From NCBI GenBank assembly GCA_037310415.1, contig CP147780.1, positions 320,001-384,000 on the forward strand: DNA of 64,000 nt. Direction: 5' to 3'. The translations under genes and the position numbers were made by a program. The DNA comes from Candidatus Atabeyarchaeum deiterrae. GTDB taxonomy: Archaea > Asgardarchaeota > Atabeyarchaeia > Atabeyarchaeales > Atabeyarchaeaceae. This document shows, piece after piece, positions 9,608-18,967 of the stretch (within the stretch, counting starts at the first letter, position 1; each line of letters begins with the position of its first letter). The notes under the pieces are model-generated. The model did not search any database. It was given only the letters and a program-made list of their open reading frames with translations, and was not told the origin of the DNA.

Positions 9608-9955
9608 TCATGTGAGATCGAATGCATTTCTGAACAACTTGGTCAACATTGTTTTTGCAGCTTGCATCGCGCGTTCTCCGTCCTTGGTTATGACGTAATG
9701 CTTCATCTCGGGTTTTTCCTTTCCTTCAGTTCCTCCCTTCTTAGCTTCCACCAGACCATCTTTAGACATCTTGTAAAGTATTACATGCGATGCGAGCGTG
9801 GGAGGATTGAATCCAAACCTCTTCTTTATCGTGGCACGGATCTCATAGCCATACTTCGGGCCCTCTTGGAGAAGACGTAGGATGTATATCCAGAGATTTT
9901 CGTTTGTGAGTTTTGTAAGGAATCTGCGCAAAGCCTTAAACTGGTCAACGGACAA
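9608..9955 (-). CDS. PadR-family regulator (close paralog of 6871-7218)
   Basis: LT.ENLW.YILRLLQE.P.YGYEIRA and C-terminal NAFDLT shared with the paralog; probable TTG start 9955. Confidence 0.88.
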   Translation of the reverse strand: MSVDQFKALRRFLTKLTNENLWIYILRLLQEGPKYGYEIRATIKKRFGFNPPTLASHVILYKMSKDGLVEAKKGGTEGKEKPEMKHYVITKDGERAMQAAKTMLTKLFRNAFDLT

Positions 9956-10175
9956 ATGATCAACTCCATACGGATTCAGAACTTGTACTTTAGTCTCGGG
10001 ATGACTTGAAGGTCTGCACCCTTGCATATGTGACTATGGCAGTTTCCTAATGTAAACATTATGCTTAGAGTCTGAGATCTTTGCCGCATATACGATGCTC
10101 ATGTATGGACCTGCAAATCCAGAGGAACTAGAGCTAGTCTCAAAAAGGGGAGAATGGAAATCCTGCAAGGGCTAG

Positions 10176-11363
10176 TTACTTAGAAGGTGGTTTTCGGCCA
10201 AATATATGGACCACGGATACTGTCCCACTTCCGCCAACATTGTGAGTGAGACCTATTTCAGGCTGCGGTGAGATTTGCATTTTCTCAGCCTCTCCACGAA
10301 GCTCCTTCACTATTGTTCGAATCTGAGAACAACCTGTAGCCGCAACTGGGTGACCTTTTGCCTTCAAACCGCCATCAACATTCACAGGTATTCTGCCGTC
10401 GACAGCAGTCTGTCCCTCTAGCGCCATTTTACCGCCTTCGCCTTTTTTGAAGAATCCAAGGTCTTCGGTTGCTACTATCTCAGCAATTGTAAAACAGTCG
10501 TGGACCTCGGCGATTTGAACTTTCTCTGGACCCACGCCTGCCATCTTGTAAGCCATCTTGCTGGCTTCAACTGCGGCCCTCAGTGACGTGAGATCATCTC
10601 TCCGGAACGTCGCCAGTGAATCCGTGCCCGCGCCGCTACCTAAAACGTAGATAGGTGCATCGGTGAATTTCTTTGCTATATCTGCTCTGGTAACTATAGC
10701 CGCTGAAGCGCCATCAGTGAGAGGGCAGCAATCATAAATGTTTAATGGCTGTGCGACCATCCCAGTCAAGTCTGCTTGCATATATTGTTCCATTGTGATT
10801 GGTCTCCTGAACTGCGCCAACGGGTTGTTTACTGCATTCTTGTGGTTCTTGACTGCCACCGCTCCAAGCATCTGTTTAGTAGTCTTGTAAACATGCATGT
10901 GTCGTTGAGCTACGAGAGCATACATGCCTGCAAACGTTATTCCAAAGTTGCTTTCCCAGTCGGAGTCACCGCCTCGACCCATTTCGAAGAGAACCTGTGA
11001 TGTCCCGATGTCGTGCATTTTCTCCGTGCCGCACGCCAATGCTATGTCTGCGTAGCCTGACGCGACTGCCATCAACGCGCAGCGGAATGCATAGCCTGAA
11101 GTTGCACAAGCATTCTCCACCCTATGGATAGGTTTAGGTAAGAGATTCAGGTAGTCACCAAACCATCCTGAAACATTACCTAGCTGGGTGCCGCCGAGTC
11201 CTGTAAATCCTATGAACACTTCGTTGATGTCCTTGAGTTCAAGGTTATTGCAGTCACTCACGGCATCCAACACTGCCTCAGCAAGCAACTTCGTGCGGTC
11301 TTTCTCATAGAGCTGACCGAACTGTGTCTGACCAACTCCAATAACTGCAACTTTTTCGGGCAA
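10176..11363 (-). CDS. Archaeal/SCP2-type thiolase (acetyl-CoA acetyltransferase, AcaB/PhlC-like)
   Basis: ENACATS, EVHDCF, KGHPVAATG, HNVGG. Confidence 0.93.
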   Translation of the reverse strand: MPEKVAVIGVGQTQFGQLYEKDRTKLLAEAVLDAVSDCNNLELKDINEVFIGFTGLGGTQLGNVSGWFGDYLNLLPKPIHRVENACATSGYAFRCALMAVASGYADIALACGTEKMHDIGTSQVLFEMGRGGDSDWESNFGITFAGMYALVAQRHMHVYKTTKQMLGAVAVKNHKNAVNNPLAQFRRPITMEQYMQADLTGMVAQPLNIYDCCPLTDGASAAIVTRADIAKKFTDAPIYVLGSGAGTDSLATFRRDDLTSLRAAVEASKMAYKMAGVGPEKVQIAEVHDCFTIAEIVATEDLGFFKKGEGGKMALEGQTAVDGRIPVNVDGGLKAKGHPVAATGCSQIRTIVKELRGEAEKMQISPQPEIGLTHNVGGSGTVSVVHIFGRKPPSK

Positions 11364-11397
11364 TTTGATTTCTCTCCTCCCATAGTATCTTAGTAGC

Positions 11398-11850
11398 TCA
11401 TTGTTCCTCCTTCTTTTGAGTCGGTTCCTCGGAGATGGGTCTGAATTTGAAGCCGTACTGAACTTGTCCTGTCTGTGAGACGTAGAGTCTTCTGAGAACC
11501 ATTTCGACTGGAGTTCCTATACCGATCTGTTTTTCCTTTCCTTGCATGGTCTTGATAGGCAGGTAGTCTGTTATCTGAGAAAGTACCTTGACTCCGTTCT
11601 CCAGTTCGACAATCACGAGTAGGTATGGACCTGTTAGCTCGACCTGCTCGATACCTGTTGCTGGTGGAACTATGATGCCACTCCAAGAGAATATCTTGCC
11701 CTTTCTTGGCATTTCGACGTCTTCGAACTCGGTACCTCCACACGAGCAGATGTGCTGAAACGGAAAATAGTTGCGACCACATTTCTTGCATTTTACTCCG
11801 ATGAGTCTAAATCTTCTATGTTGCTCTCTCCAGAAAGCAGGGGCATACAT
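11398..11850 (-). CDS. DUF35 Zn-ribbon/OB-fold protein (PhlB-like)
   Basis: CKKCG..YFP...CSCG, GKIFSW, YGFKFRP. Confidence 0.9.
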   Translation of the reverse strand: MYAPAFWREQHRRFRLIGVKCKKCGRNYFPFQHICSCGGTEFEDVEMPRKGKIFSWSGIIVPPATGIEQVELTGPYLLVIVELENGVKVLSQITDYLPIKTMQGKEKQIGIGTPVEMVLRRLYVSQTGQVQYGFKFRPISEEPTQKKEEQ

Positions 11851-11908
11851 TTGGTTATTCACCACGCTTTTGCTGAATTCCAATACTACTTACCGATAGC
11901 GAGTTTTC

Positions 11909-12970
11909 CTACAGTCCAATGTAGGAGACCTTCATTTTCTTTGGAATCAGATTCTTCTGCTTGGCGTACTCAATGTAACTAAGGTACATTTTCCGCTCAA
12001 TGAGTTTTGCGAAGGAAGGTGACGCGCGCTTCCCTTCAATTTCGTCCGTCACTAATAGGCTGATAGCGTCCGATGCGCTGGAACCTCCGTAGGCAACAGC
12101 GAGTATCCTTTCTCCTGGTTGGGCCACGTCCAACACGGCAGCAAGACCCAGTGGCACTGAGGCAACCCCCGTGTCACCTGTATTCTGTATGACCATGCCT
12201 TTCTGCGTCACAGCAGGTTGTAAGCCAAGTTTTCCTGCGGCAACGAGTGGCCAATCACCGTTAGGCTGCTGCAATATAATGTGGTTGAAGTCTTCGAAGC
12301 TCTTACCGACCTTACTCACCAAGTTCTTGGCTGCTTCAGAGACATGCCAAACATAGCCATAGTCCTGAGCGAATCTCGGATTGTCTAGCGCTTGAATAAC
12401 GTCGGTTTCCGCTCCCGTCCTCCACCTATCTGCAAACTCTGAGGTCATCGAACTGGAAGCTTCTAACTCGGCAATCGTGCCACCGCTGCCAACGACAAAA
12501 GCTGCAGCGCCGCATCCAACCCCTTGTTCTGTCTCTGGAATATTTCCTGGTGGTCCCGAAAGGACATCCGATGCTACGACAATAGCGCGTTTCCCTCTAC
12601 CTGACGAGACGTAGTCGGACGCAGCTATTAGTGCCGATATTCCGGCCTTCTCAGAATGGGCGAAGTCAGCCGTATAGATGTCTGCTCTCACGCCCAGAGC
12701 CAAAGCAATCGTAGGCGCGGTCATCTTAAGCGTATATGGAGCTGATGTCGACGCCCAGAATACTGCATCAATATCTGAAGACTCTGCCCCAGACGACCTT
12801 AAAGCGGAGATAGCGGCCTCGGCACCCATAGTCGTCGCGTCTTCGTCGAATGCAGGGACGGTTTTCTCGTTGATTCCTTTAACGAGGAATATGTTCCAAG
12901 TTTTTATGTACTCGTCTTTCTTAATCCTGAACCTAGGCAGGTAAGCCCCGTACCCTATGATACCTACCAT
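11909..12970 (-). CDS. HMG-CoA synthase-fold protein with degenerate catalytic residues (PhlA-like)
   Basis: GIIGYGAYLPRFRI, DEDATTM, YGG; the expected ESHPY, ACKAG and HQPN motifs read TSAPY, SEKAG and QQPN. Confidence 0.85.
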   Translation of the reverse strand: MVGIIGYGAYLPRFRIKKDEYIKTWNIFLVKGINEKTVPAFDEDATTMGAEAAISALRSSGAESSDIDAVFWASTSAPYTLKMTAPTIALALGVRADIYTADFAHSEKAGISALIAASDYVSSGRGKRAIVVASDVLSGPPGNIPETEQGVGCGAAAFVVGSGGTIAELEASSSMTSEFADRWRTGAETDVIQALDNPRFAQDYGYVWHVSEAAKNLVSKVGKSFEDFNHIILQQPNGDWPLVAAGKLGLQPAVTQKGMVIQNTGDTGVASVPLGLAAVLDVAQPGERILAVAYGGSSASDAISLLVTDEIEGKRASPSFAKLIERKMYLSYIEYAKQKNLIPKKMKVSYIGL

Positions 12971-13197
12971 AACTTCGCTGCACCCCTTAACGGAACCATG
13001 TTTATCCAGTTGTACGTGTCTACATTCTTGTTCCATCGATTTATAGACATAGGTTTTGATCCAATAACCCCTCAACTTGAGGTGACTTGGCATTTGGATT
13101 AGGGTCATCCTTTCAACGGTTAATTTAATAAGTCTTCTTGGTTAAATTAAGAGCAAATCTGAATTATCGAATACTTAGTTCGGTGGGTATACGTAAA

Positions 13198-13494
13198 ATG
13201 AAGATTAGTGATTTGAAGGCAGGAATGAAAAAGGTTGATCTCGCGGCCAAGGTCTCGGACATAGGAGAACCAAGAGACGTGAACACAAGATTCGGGCCTG
13301 CTAGAGTAGCAACAGCAACGCTATCTGACGACTCTGGTCAGGTGAAGCTCTCCTTATGGAATAAGGACATTGATAGGGTGAAGGTAGGAGATACAGTAGA
13401 CATCAAGAATGGTTATGTCAACGACTTCAGAGGGGAGCTACAGCTTAATGTGGGGCAGTATGGTAAACTAGAGACAGTTAAGGGCAAGAAATAG
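13198..13494 (+). CDS. Single OB-fold ssDNA-binding protein (crenarchaeal SSB/RPA-like)
   Basis: MKISDLK, DDSGQVKLSLWN, NGYVNDFRGELQLNVG. Confidence 0.9.
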   Translation: MKISDLKAGMKKVDLAAKVSDIGEPRDVNTRFGPARVATATLSDDSGQVKLSLWNKDIDRVKVGDTVDIKNGYVNDFRGELQLNVGQYGKLETVKGKK

Positions 13495-13582
13495 GAAGAC
13501 AGTATCTCGTCCCTTCTTACTTATTTTGTACAGACTACAGGCATTGCATGAGCGGACGCAGTTGTGATGTCCACGCGATGAT

Positions 13583-14470
13583 TCACATCTCAGTTAATTC
13601 CTTGGATGGAATGAATCTAGTGCGCGGATCTGCAAGTATCCTATCTAGGAGCGACAGAATCATCTGTTTGTCTTCGGGGAATTTAGCCTCGAAGTCAACG
13701 TAGTCTGAGACATGGTCATTGAATATTTCACTGTGAACATTCAGTCCTGCGATGATTTCCCTTTGTTCTTTTATTATCTCGTATGGCGTCAGTAACTTGA
13801 AACTACCTTGTTCAACTTCCTCGAAAAGAGGTGTGTTCGGCAGTATGTTGAGTGTTCGGAACCTGATGAAATGCGGGTCTATTTGATTAAGCGTTTCAGC
13901 TGTTCCTCTAGCATGCTCTTCGGTCATGTCCTTTCCACCCAGCCCCAGAAGGACATACAGAGAGAGTTCTATTCCGGCCTCTTTTATCCTGCGTCCAGCC
14001 TCTATGATGGTTTTTGAGATGGTTCCTTTCTTCATCAGCTTCAAGACTCTGTCACTTCCGCTTTCAAGCCCCATGTGTATTCTTGTCAGACCAGCTTCTT
14101 TGAACTTGATAAGTTCGTCTGGGGTCTTACTTATTGCAGACCTCGCGGACGAATAACATGTAATTCGCTTCAATTCTGGAAAAGTCTGCGTTATCTTGTT
14201 TAGGACCGAGAGAAAGAACTCTGTTGGTAGGCAAGTCATATCCGAGCCTGTCAAGAAAACAGTAGTGTAATGATCTGAGTAGAACCTCTTTGCGACGTCA
14301 ATTTGATTGAAGATTTCATCTAGTTCGAGGACCCTAAACTCTTCCCTTTCCTTGTAGATGCCGCAGAACTTGCATTGGTTGTAATTGCAACCCTGGAAAA
14401 CCTCTATGAGTAGACTATATGCTTCTGAAGGAGGTCTGATAAGCACTCTGCCTGAACCCTCAAGTAACAA
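13583..14470 (-). CDS. Radical SAM protein
   Basis: IRPPSEA, CNYNQCKFC, GLESG. Confidence 0.9.
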   Translation of the reverse strand: MLLEGSGRVLIRPPSEAYSLLIEVFQGCNYNQCKFCGIYKEREEFRVLELDEIFNQIDVAKRFYSDHYTTVFLTGSDMTCLPTEFFLSVLNKITQTFPELKRITCYSSARSAISKTPDELIKFKEAGLTRIHMGLESGSDRVLKLMKKGTISKTIIEAGRRIKEAGIELSLYVLLGLGGKDMTEEHARGTAETLNQIDPHFIRFRTLNILPNTPLFEEVEQGSFKLLTPYEIIKEQREIIAGLNVHSEIFNDHVSDYVDFEAKFPEDKQMILSLLDRILADPRTRFIPSKELTEM

Positions 14471-14710
14471 GACAAGTCACCTCATCAAGACGTAGACATG
14501 TCACTCATTGTTGGAGGATGTCTTTCAAATTCGTAACTGCCAACAAGGTACTAGGTTTTCTTAGGAAGATTTAAATCAATAGCTGAAAAACCACTATGTA
14601 ACACCAAGCAGAGGATTTTGCGGAAAACGTTGCGGCAGAAGAGCACTGCAATCTAGTCAAGGAGAGGACAGATCAGGCTTTAGTTGCACTGCATCCGGAG
14701 GATCTGGTGA

Positions 14711-16141
14711 ATGAAGATCAAGAAAGAAGCAAACTTCAGCGAATGGTACGATGAAGTGCTTCAGGAAGCCGAGCTTGTTGACGTTAGGTACAATGTGAAG
14801 GGATTTATCATTTACATGCCTAACATAATGAGAATCATAAATCAAGTCTACAGATTATATGATGAGGAACTTGATAAAACTGGCCATTCCCTACTGCAAT
14901 TCCCCATTGTCATCCCTTCAAGTAATTTCAGGAAAGAATCTGAGCATGTACAGGGGTTTGAAGAAGAAGTATTCTGGGTGACAAAAGCGGGCAGACATGA
15001 GCTAGACGAGCCTCTCATATTACGACCGACTAGTGAGACTGCGATGTACCCAATGTACTCGTTATGGATAAGAAACTATCATGACCTGCCCATAAAGTAC
15101 TATCAAAATGGCTCAGTTTACAGATATGAAACCAAGGCAACCAGACCTCTCATAAGGGGACGGGAGTTCCTTTGGATCGAAACCCATACTGCACACGCGA
15201 GTCTCGAGAACGCGACAGAGCAGGTTAAGGAGGACATGGAGATAGCCAAGAAGGTCCTGTATGAGAAGTGTGGTATACCTTTCCTGATGTTCGATAGACC
15301 TGAATGGGACAGATTTGCAGGAGCGAAAAGGACGTATGGATTTGACACGTTGTTTCCAGATGGCAAAGCTATTCAGATAGGAACCACCCACCTCCTAGGC
15401 GACAATTTCTCCAAGGTTTTTGATATTCAGTTTGAAGACAAAGGTGGGGACAAGAAATTCGTGCAGCAGACATGCTACGGTCCAGGGATCTCACGTATAG
15501 CGGCATCCATCATCTCTATTCACGGTGACGACTATGGGTTAGTCCTTCCATTTGAGATGGCCCCTGTTCAGGTAGTGATAGTCCCTGTATTGTATAGGGG
15601 AGAGGAGAGACCACTCCTTGAGAAGAGCGTTGAGATCAGGAAAATGCTTGAAGGCGCGGGCATAAGGGTGAAACTTGATGATAGAGATCTCTCAGCAGGA
15701 GCCAAGTTCTATTATTGGGAACTCTTGGGTGCACCTATTAGGTTGGAGATTGGTCCGAAGGAAGTGCAGCAAAGTAAAGTGACAGTTTTTAGGAGGGACA
15801 AGAGAACTCGAGAGAGCTTCGGAGAGCAGAACGTTGTTGACGAAGTGGAGAAGATTGCGGATGACATGCTCAAGTTCTTGAGGGAAAAGGCCTTAGACTA
15901 CATGAACAAGCATACAAGTCAAGTCATGACAAGGGAGCAGTTGCTCAAAGTTGCTAAGAAAGGTGGCTTCGCTAAGATTCACTTTTGCGGCAGGAAGGAG
16001 TGCGCTGACGATATTAAGAGCAAGACAGGTGGTTTGGAAGTCAGAGGAACACTATTTGAAGCTGAAGAAGTACCTAAGGGAAGTTGCACTTGGTGCGGCA
16101 AACCCTCAATTCAAGTCGTGTATGCTGCAAAATCATATTAG
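14711..16141 (+). CDS. proS: Prolyl-tRNA synthetase (archaeal/eukaryotic type)
   Basis: FSEWY, LRPTSET, PLIRGREFLW, QTCYG, C-terminal AKSY. Confidence 0.97.
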   Translation: MKIKKEANFSEWYDEVLQEAELVDVRYNVKGFIIYMPNIMRIINQVYRLYDEELDKTGHSLLQFPIVIPSSNFRKESEHVQGFEEEVFWVTKAGRHELDEPLILRPTSETAMYPMYSLWIRNYHDLPIKYYQNGSVYRYETKATRPLIRGREFLWIETHTAHASLENATEQVKEDMEIAKKVLYEKCGIPFLMFDRPEWDRFAGAKRTYGFDTLFPDGKAIQIGTTHLLGDNFSKVFDIQFEDKGGDKKFVQQTCYGPGISRIAASIISIHGDDYGLVLPFEMAPVQVVIVPVLYRGEERPLLEKSVEIRKMLEGAGIRVKLDDRDLSAGAKFYYWELLGAPIRLEIGPKEVQQSKVTVFRRDKRTRESFGEQNVVDEVEKIADDMLKFLREKALDYMNKHTSQVMTREQLLKVAKKGGFAKIHFCGRKECADDIKSKTGGLEVRGTLFEAEEVPKGSCTWCGKPSIQVVYAAKSY

Positions 16142-16182
16142 GGTAAAGAGGTTCTAGCTCCTAGTAGTGTAAGTATCATAGT

Positions 16183-16578
16183 TTGATGATAGTCACAGAG
16201 AGGCTGATATTGTTGCCATTATATGATTTGCTGAAGAAAAGGCTTGGAGAGGCGGAAAAGTACATCAAAGAAGACTCGAAAGTCAGGAATGTTCTGAAGA
16301 TGGTAGGGAAGATCAAAGTAAATGTAAAAACTAACGACACTAATGAACACGTAGGCGCGTCGATAGGTTCTGATGGCGTGGAAATATTCAGAAAGGCGAT
16401 CGACGACCCAGCTATCACAATATCAGGAGACAGCAAGATACTGACTGGATTGGTAACCAGCCCTAGCAGAGCAAAGTTCGATGAGGCACAGCAGAAAGAG
16501 CAAGTCAAAATTGAGTCGCATGGATTGAAAGGCAGACTAGCAGTGTCAAAGGTCAAGGATCTTCTATCACAAGGATAG
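16183..16578 (+). CDS. SCP2 (sterol carrier)-like domain protein
   Basis: DDPAITISGD...A...QVKIE pattern. Confidence 0.55.
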   Translation: MMIVTERLILLPLYDLLKKRLGEAEKYIKEDSKVRNVLKMVGKIKVNVKTNDTNEHVGASIGSDGVEIFRKAIDDPAITISGDSKILTGLVTSPSRAKFDEAQQKEQVKIESHGLKGRLAVSKVKDLLSQG

Positions 16579-16690
16579 GATTGAATAAAACGCAATCGCA
16601 GGCGAGTGCCTGCTGAGTCTTGAGGACAACTATAAATACCGAACTGTCCATTATTACTTGTCTAAATAGGTTAGACTGAGGATTCTGATC

Positions 16691-17284
16691 ATGAGCAGTG
16701 AATCGGAAATAGTTGACGTCTTATCAAGGGTAGCGAATATCTTTCTTCAGGCCGTAGATGCTCTCGAAAGCAGGATGTACACCATAGAGCAAAGAATCGA
16801 GCAAATTGAAAGGGCATTAGTTGATTCAAGAACGATGGGGGCTCCCGCGGCTAGTAGGGGTCCGCCTCCAGACAATCGAGGAATTCTACCTGCAATAGCG
16901 CAGGAGACTAGGAGAAGTCCTCCACCACCGGTGACTGCTCCGCCTGCACCAATGCCCCAGCAACCCCAAGCTTATGGTGCTCCTCAGCAACAGTGGGGAG
17001 CCCCAAGACAAGATGCTTATCAACAGCCACCTCCCCAAGGCTATCAAGCAAGGCCACAACCACCTCCGCCACAGCCGCAAGGATACCAGCCGCAGAGCCA
17101 ACCTCAAGGATATCAACCGCAGCCGCAAGGTCAGCCGCAGGGTTACCAGTCTGCGCCACCTGGACAGCCGCAACAAGCGCCTCCGCCGACCTCAGGGAAT
17201 CCATTAAACGTGCGTCAGGCCGTCACAGGTGAGCTCAAAGAGATCTTTGCCAGAATGAGAGCCCGGGCTGAGGGGAGAGGATAA
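16691..17284 (+). CDS. Coiled-coil / Pro-Gln-Tyr-rich / C-terminal helix protein
   Basis: N-terminal heptads, QGYQ repeats with PPP runs, terminal ELKEIFARMRAR helix. Confidence 0.75.
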   Translation: MSSESEIVDVLSRVANIFLQAVDALESRMYTIEQRIEQIERALVDSRTMGAPAASRGPPPDNRGILPAIAQETRRSPPPPVTAPPAPMPQQPQAYGAPQQQWGAPRQDAYQQPPPQGYQARPQPPPPQPQGYQPQSQPQGYQPQPQGQPQGYQSAPPGQPQQAPPPTSGNPLNVRQAVTGELKEIFARMRARAEGRG

Positions 17285-17401
17285 ACTGGCGACTCTGTGT
17301 AGAGTACGTTCTTTTCCGTCAAGAAGGCGACAGACTGGCTGAAAACTAGGCGTGGCGTTATTTCTAGTTACGATAGGCTCTTAAGAGGAATCTATTATTC
17401 G

Positions 17402-18810
17402 TTAGAAGTAGTCGGAGAGGCTTTGTTGAGCGCGGTCTCCCTGTTTCGGTTTTGCCGCGGTTTGATCCTTTGCTCTCAGTGATTCTTTCTTCTCGTTGAG
17501 ACTGTTGCTACTTTCGACTGGAGGTGCCTCATCTTCGAATATTATTGGGTAACCATACGTGCCGTCGTACCCTGGTCTGAAGCGAATCTTTTTCTCCCTG
17601 ACTCTGAGGATCGCATCGGCGAGTCTTGCTCCTGAAATTGAAGATATTTCTTCTCTTGAAGCTTCGAGAAGAACATGTAACTCATTGGGAAACTTCTTGA
17701 GCAGTTTGCCATATTCTTCCCAGACACCTTTTGCAAAGACGTCTTTCATCCCCAAGGCAACGGAGATTATCTCTTGAAGTGGGATCAAACAAACATAAGG
17801 TATGGCACCCTGGAGTATGTAGCCCTCAGGTCTATCGGCTAGTTCCTCGATCCTATGCAGAACGCCAACTGTCAGCTTTTTCCTACAAACAGGGCACATG
17901 TTCCCATACTTAGAAGCTTCTTTCGGACTAAGTACGACGTTACAGTCTCTGTGACCAGTGTAATGATATTTCCCATACTCTGGATTTGTCTCAATTGTCA
18001 TCAAGAACCTTTTGGGGTCCTTCTTGCGGATCACGTCAATTATCTCTTTATATGTTACCCCATCCAGTTGAAACACATTTGCTTCCCTGCCAAGACGGTA
18101 GGGCCATGGACTATGGGAGTCGCTGTTGCTCACCAACGTATATTTGTCCAATGCAGAAAGTCGCCAGTTCATCATGGGGTCAGAGCTTAGACCTGTCTCA
18201 ATCGCATGGACGTTCTTTGTTTGGTCTTGGAAACACTCCTCAATACTGTCAAATCCACTCCTTGAGCCAAACAATGAGAACCATGGAGTCCATGCATGTG
18301 CTGGAATTACCTCGTTCCAGTTATCAATTTCCATTATGACCTCAGTCAGTTCTGCAGCTGCAACTCTTAGCTTTGGCCTTCCGTCTGAGTTGAGGTCACC
18401 GTACTTTGAGATTCTGTCAGCTACTTGGTCGGCCACATCTAGGTTCGGACACAAGATTATGAGGTGGATTCGTTTTGGCTCTCCTTTGGACTGGAACCCA
18501 GCCTCAACTTCGCAGGTCGCCATGAAGCGCACTGACTCTGCAGCATTTGCATTGTTTAGAACATACAGCCCACTGTTATCAACCTCTGACAAAGAAGATT
18601 TGCATTCTGCAAGCCATCTCGGCATTGTGAATTGGAGACTCGTCTACTTCAGAAGGACTTGCAGCACGAGTTATCCCCTGTGCCGAGGAGAGTCAGACCC
18701 TTCATCTTGGCTTGTCTCTCAAGGTTGACTAGATTCATTTGTTCGCTAGTGGCAGCTGAGTACTTGCTGTGGATATGGAGGTCTGCAATAACTTTCAGAC
18801 TAGATTCCAC
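17402..18810 (-). CDS. endoQ: Endonuclease Q (PHP-family), split by a 41-nt BHB intron (exons ~18810-18673, 18631-17402)
   Basis: Exon 1 ADLHIHSKYS...GTGD; exon 2 FTMPRW...PAHAWTPWFS, ETGLSSD, SNSDSHS, CPVC; start GTG 18810 or CTG 18798. Confidence 0.88.
18632..18672 (-). other. Putative BHB-type mRNA intron in endoQ
   Basis: Central helix GGGG/CTCC, bulges AT|A and AA|T, inner stem ACTCGT/ACGAGT; splicing yields GGG GAT TTC ACA ATG (G-D-F-T-M). Confidence 0.87.
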
Positions 18811-18967
18811 CTCTGGGATAGAAGCATATAACTATGTTAAGTACCTCTCTTCTTTATATTGATTTTATTTGTTTTGATCTTGACAGAGATTGCTATGCAA
18901 TCAATAAGAGCAACTGGACTTTGTATGAAGCACGTCTCAAGCATTCGAGTTTGAAGGAGAGAGACTC

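Noticed and set aside
11900-11930. Hairpin TCCTACA/TGTAGGA over the HMGS-like stop as an intron fusing it to DUF35
   Set aside because: No 4-bp central helix with 3-nt bulges can be formed, and DUF35 has its own RBS and ATG
17030-17180. CAG/CCG-rich repeats as a CRISPR array or mobile repeat
   Set aside because: Degenerate codon-level repeats encoding QPQGYQ; no spacer structure or cas genes
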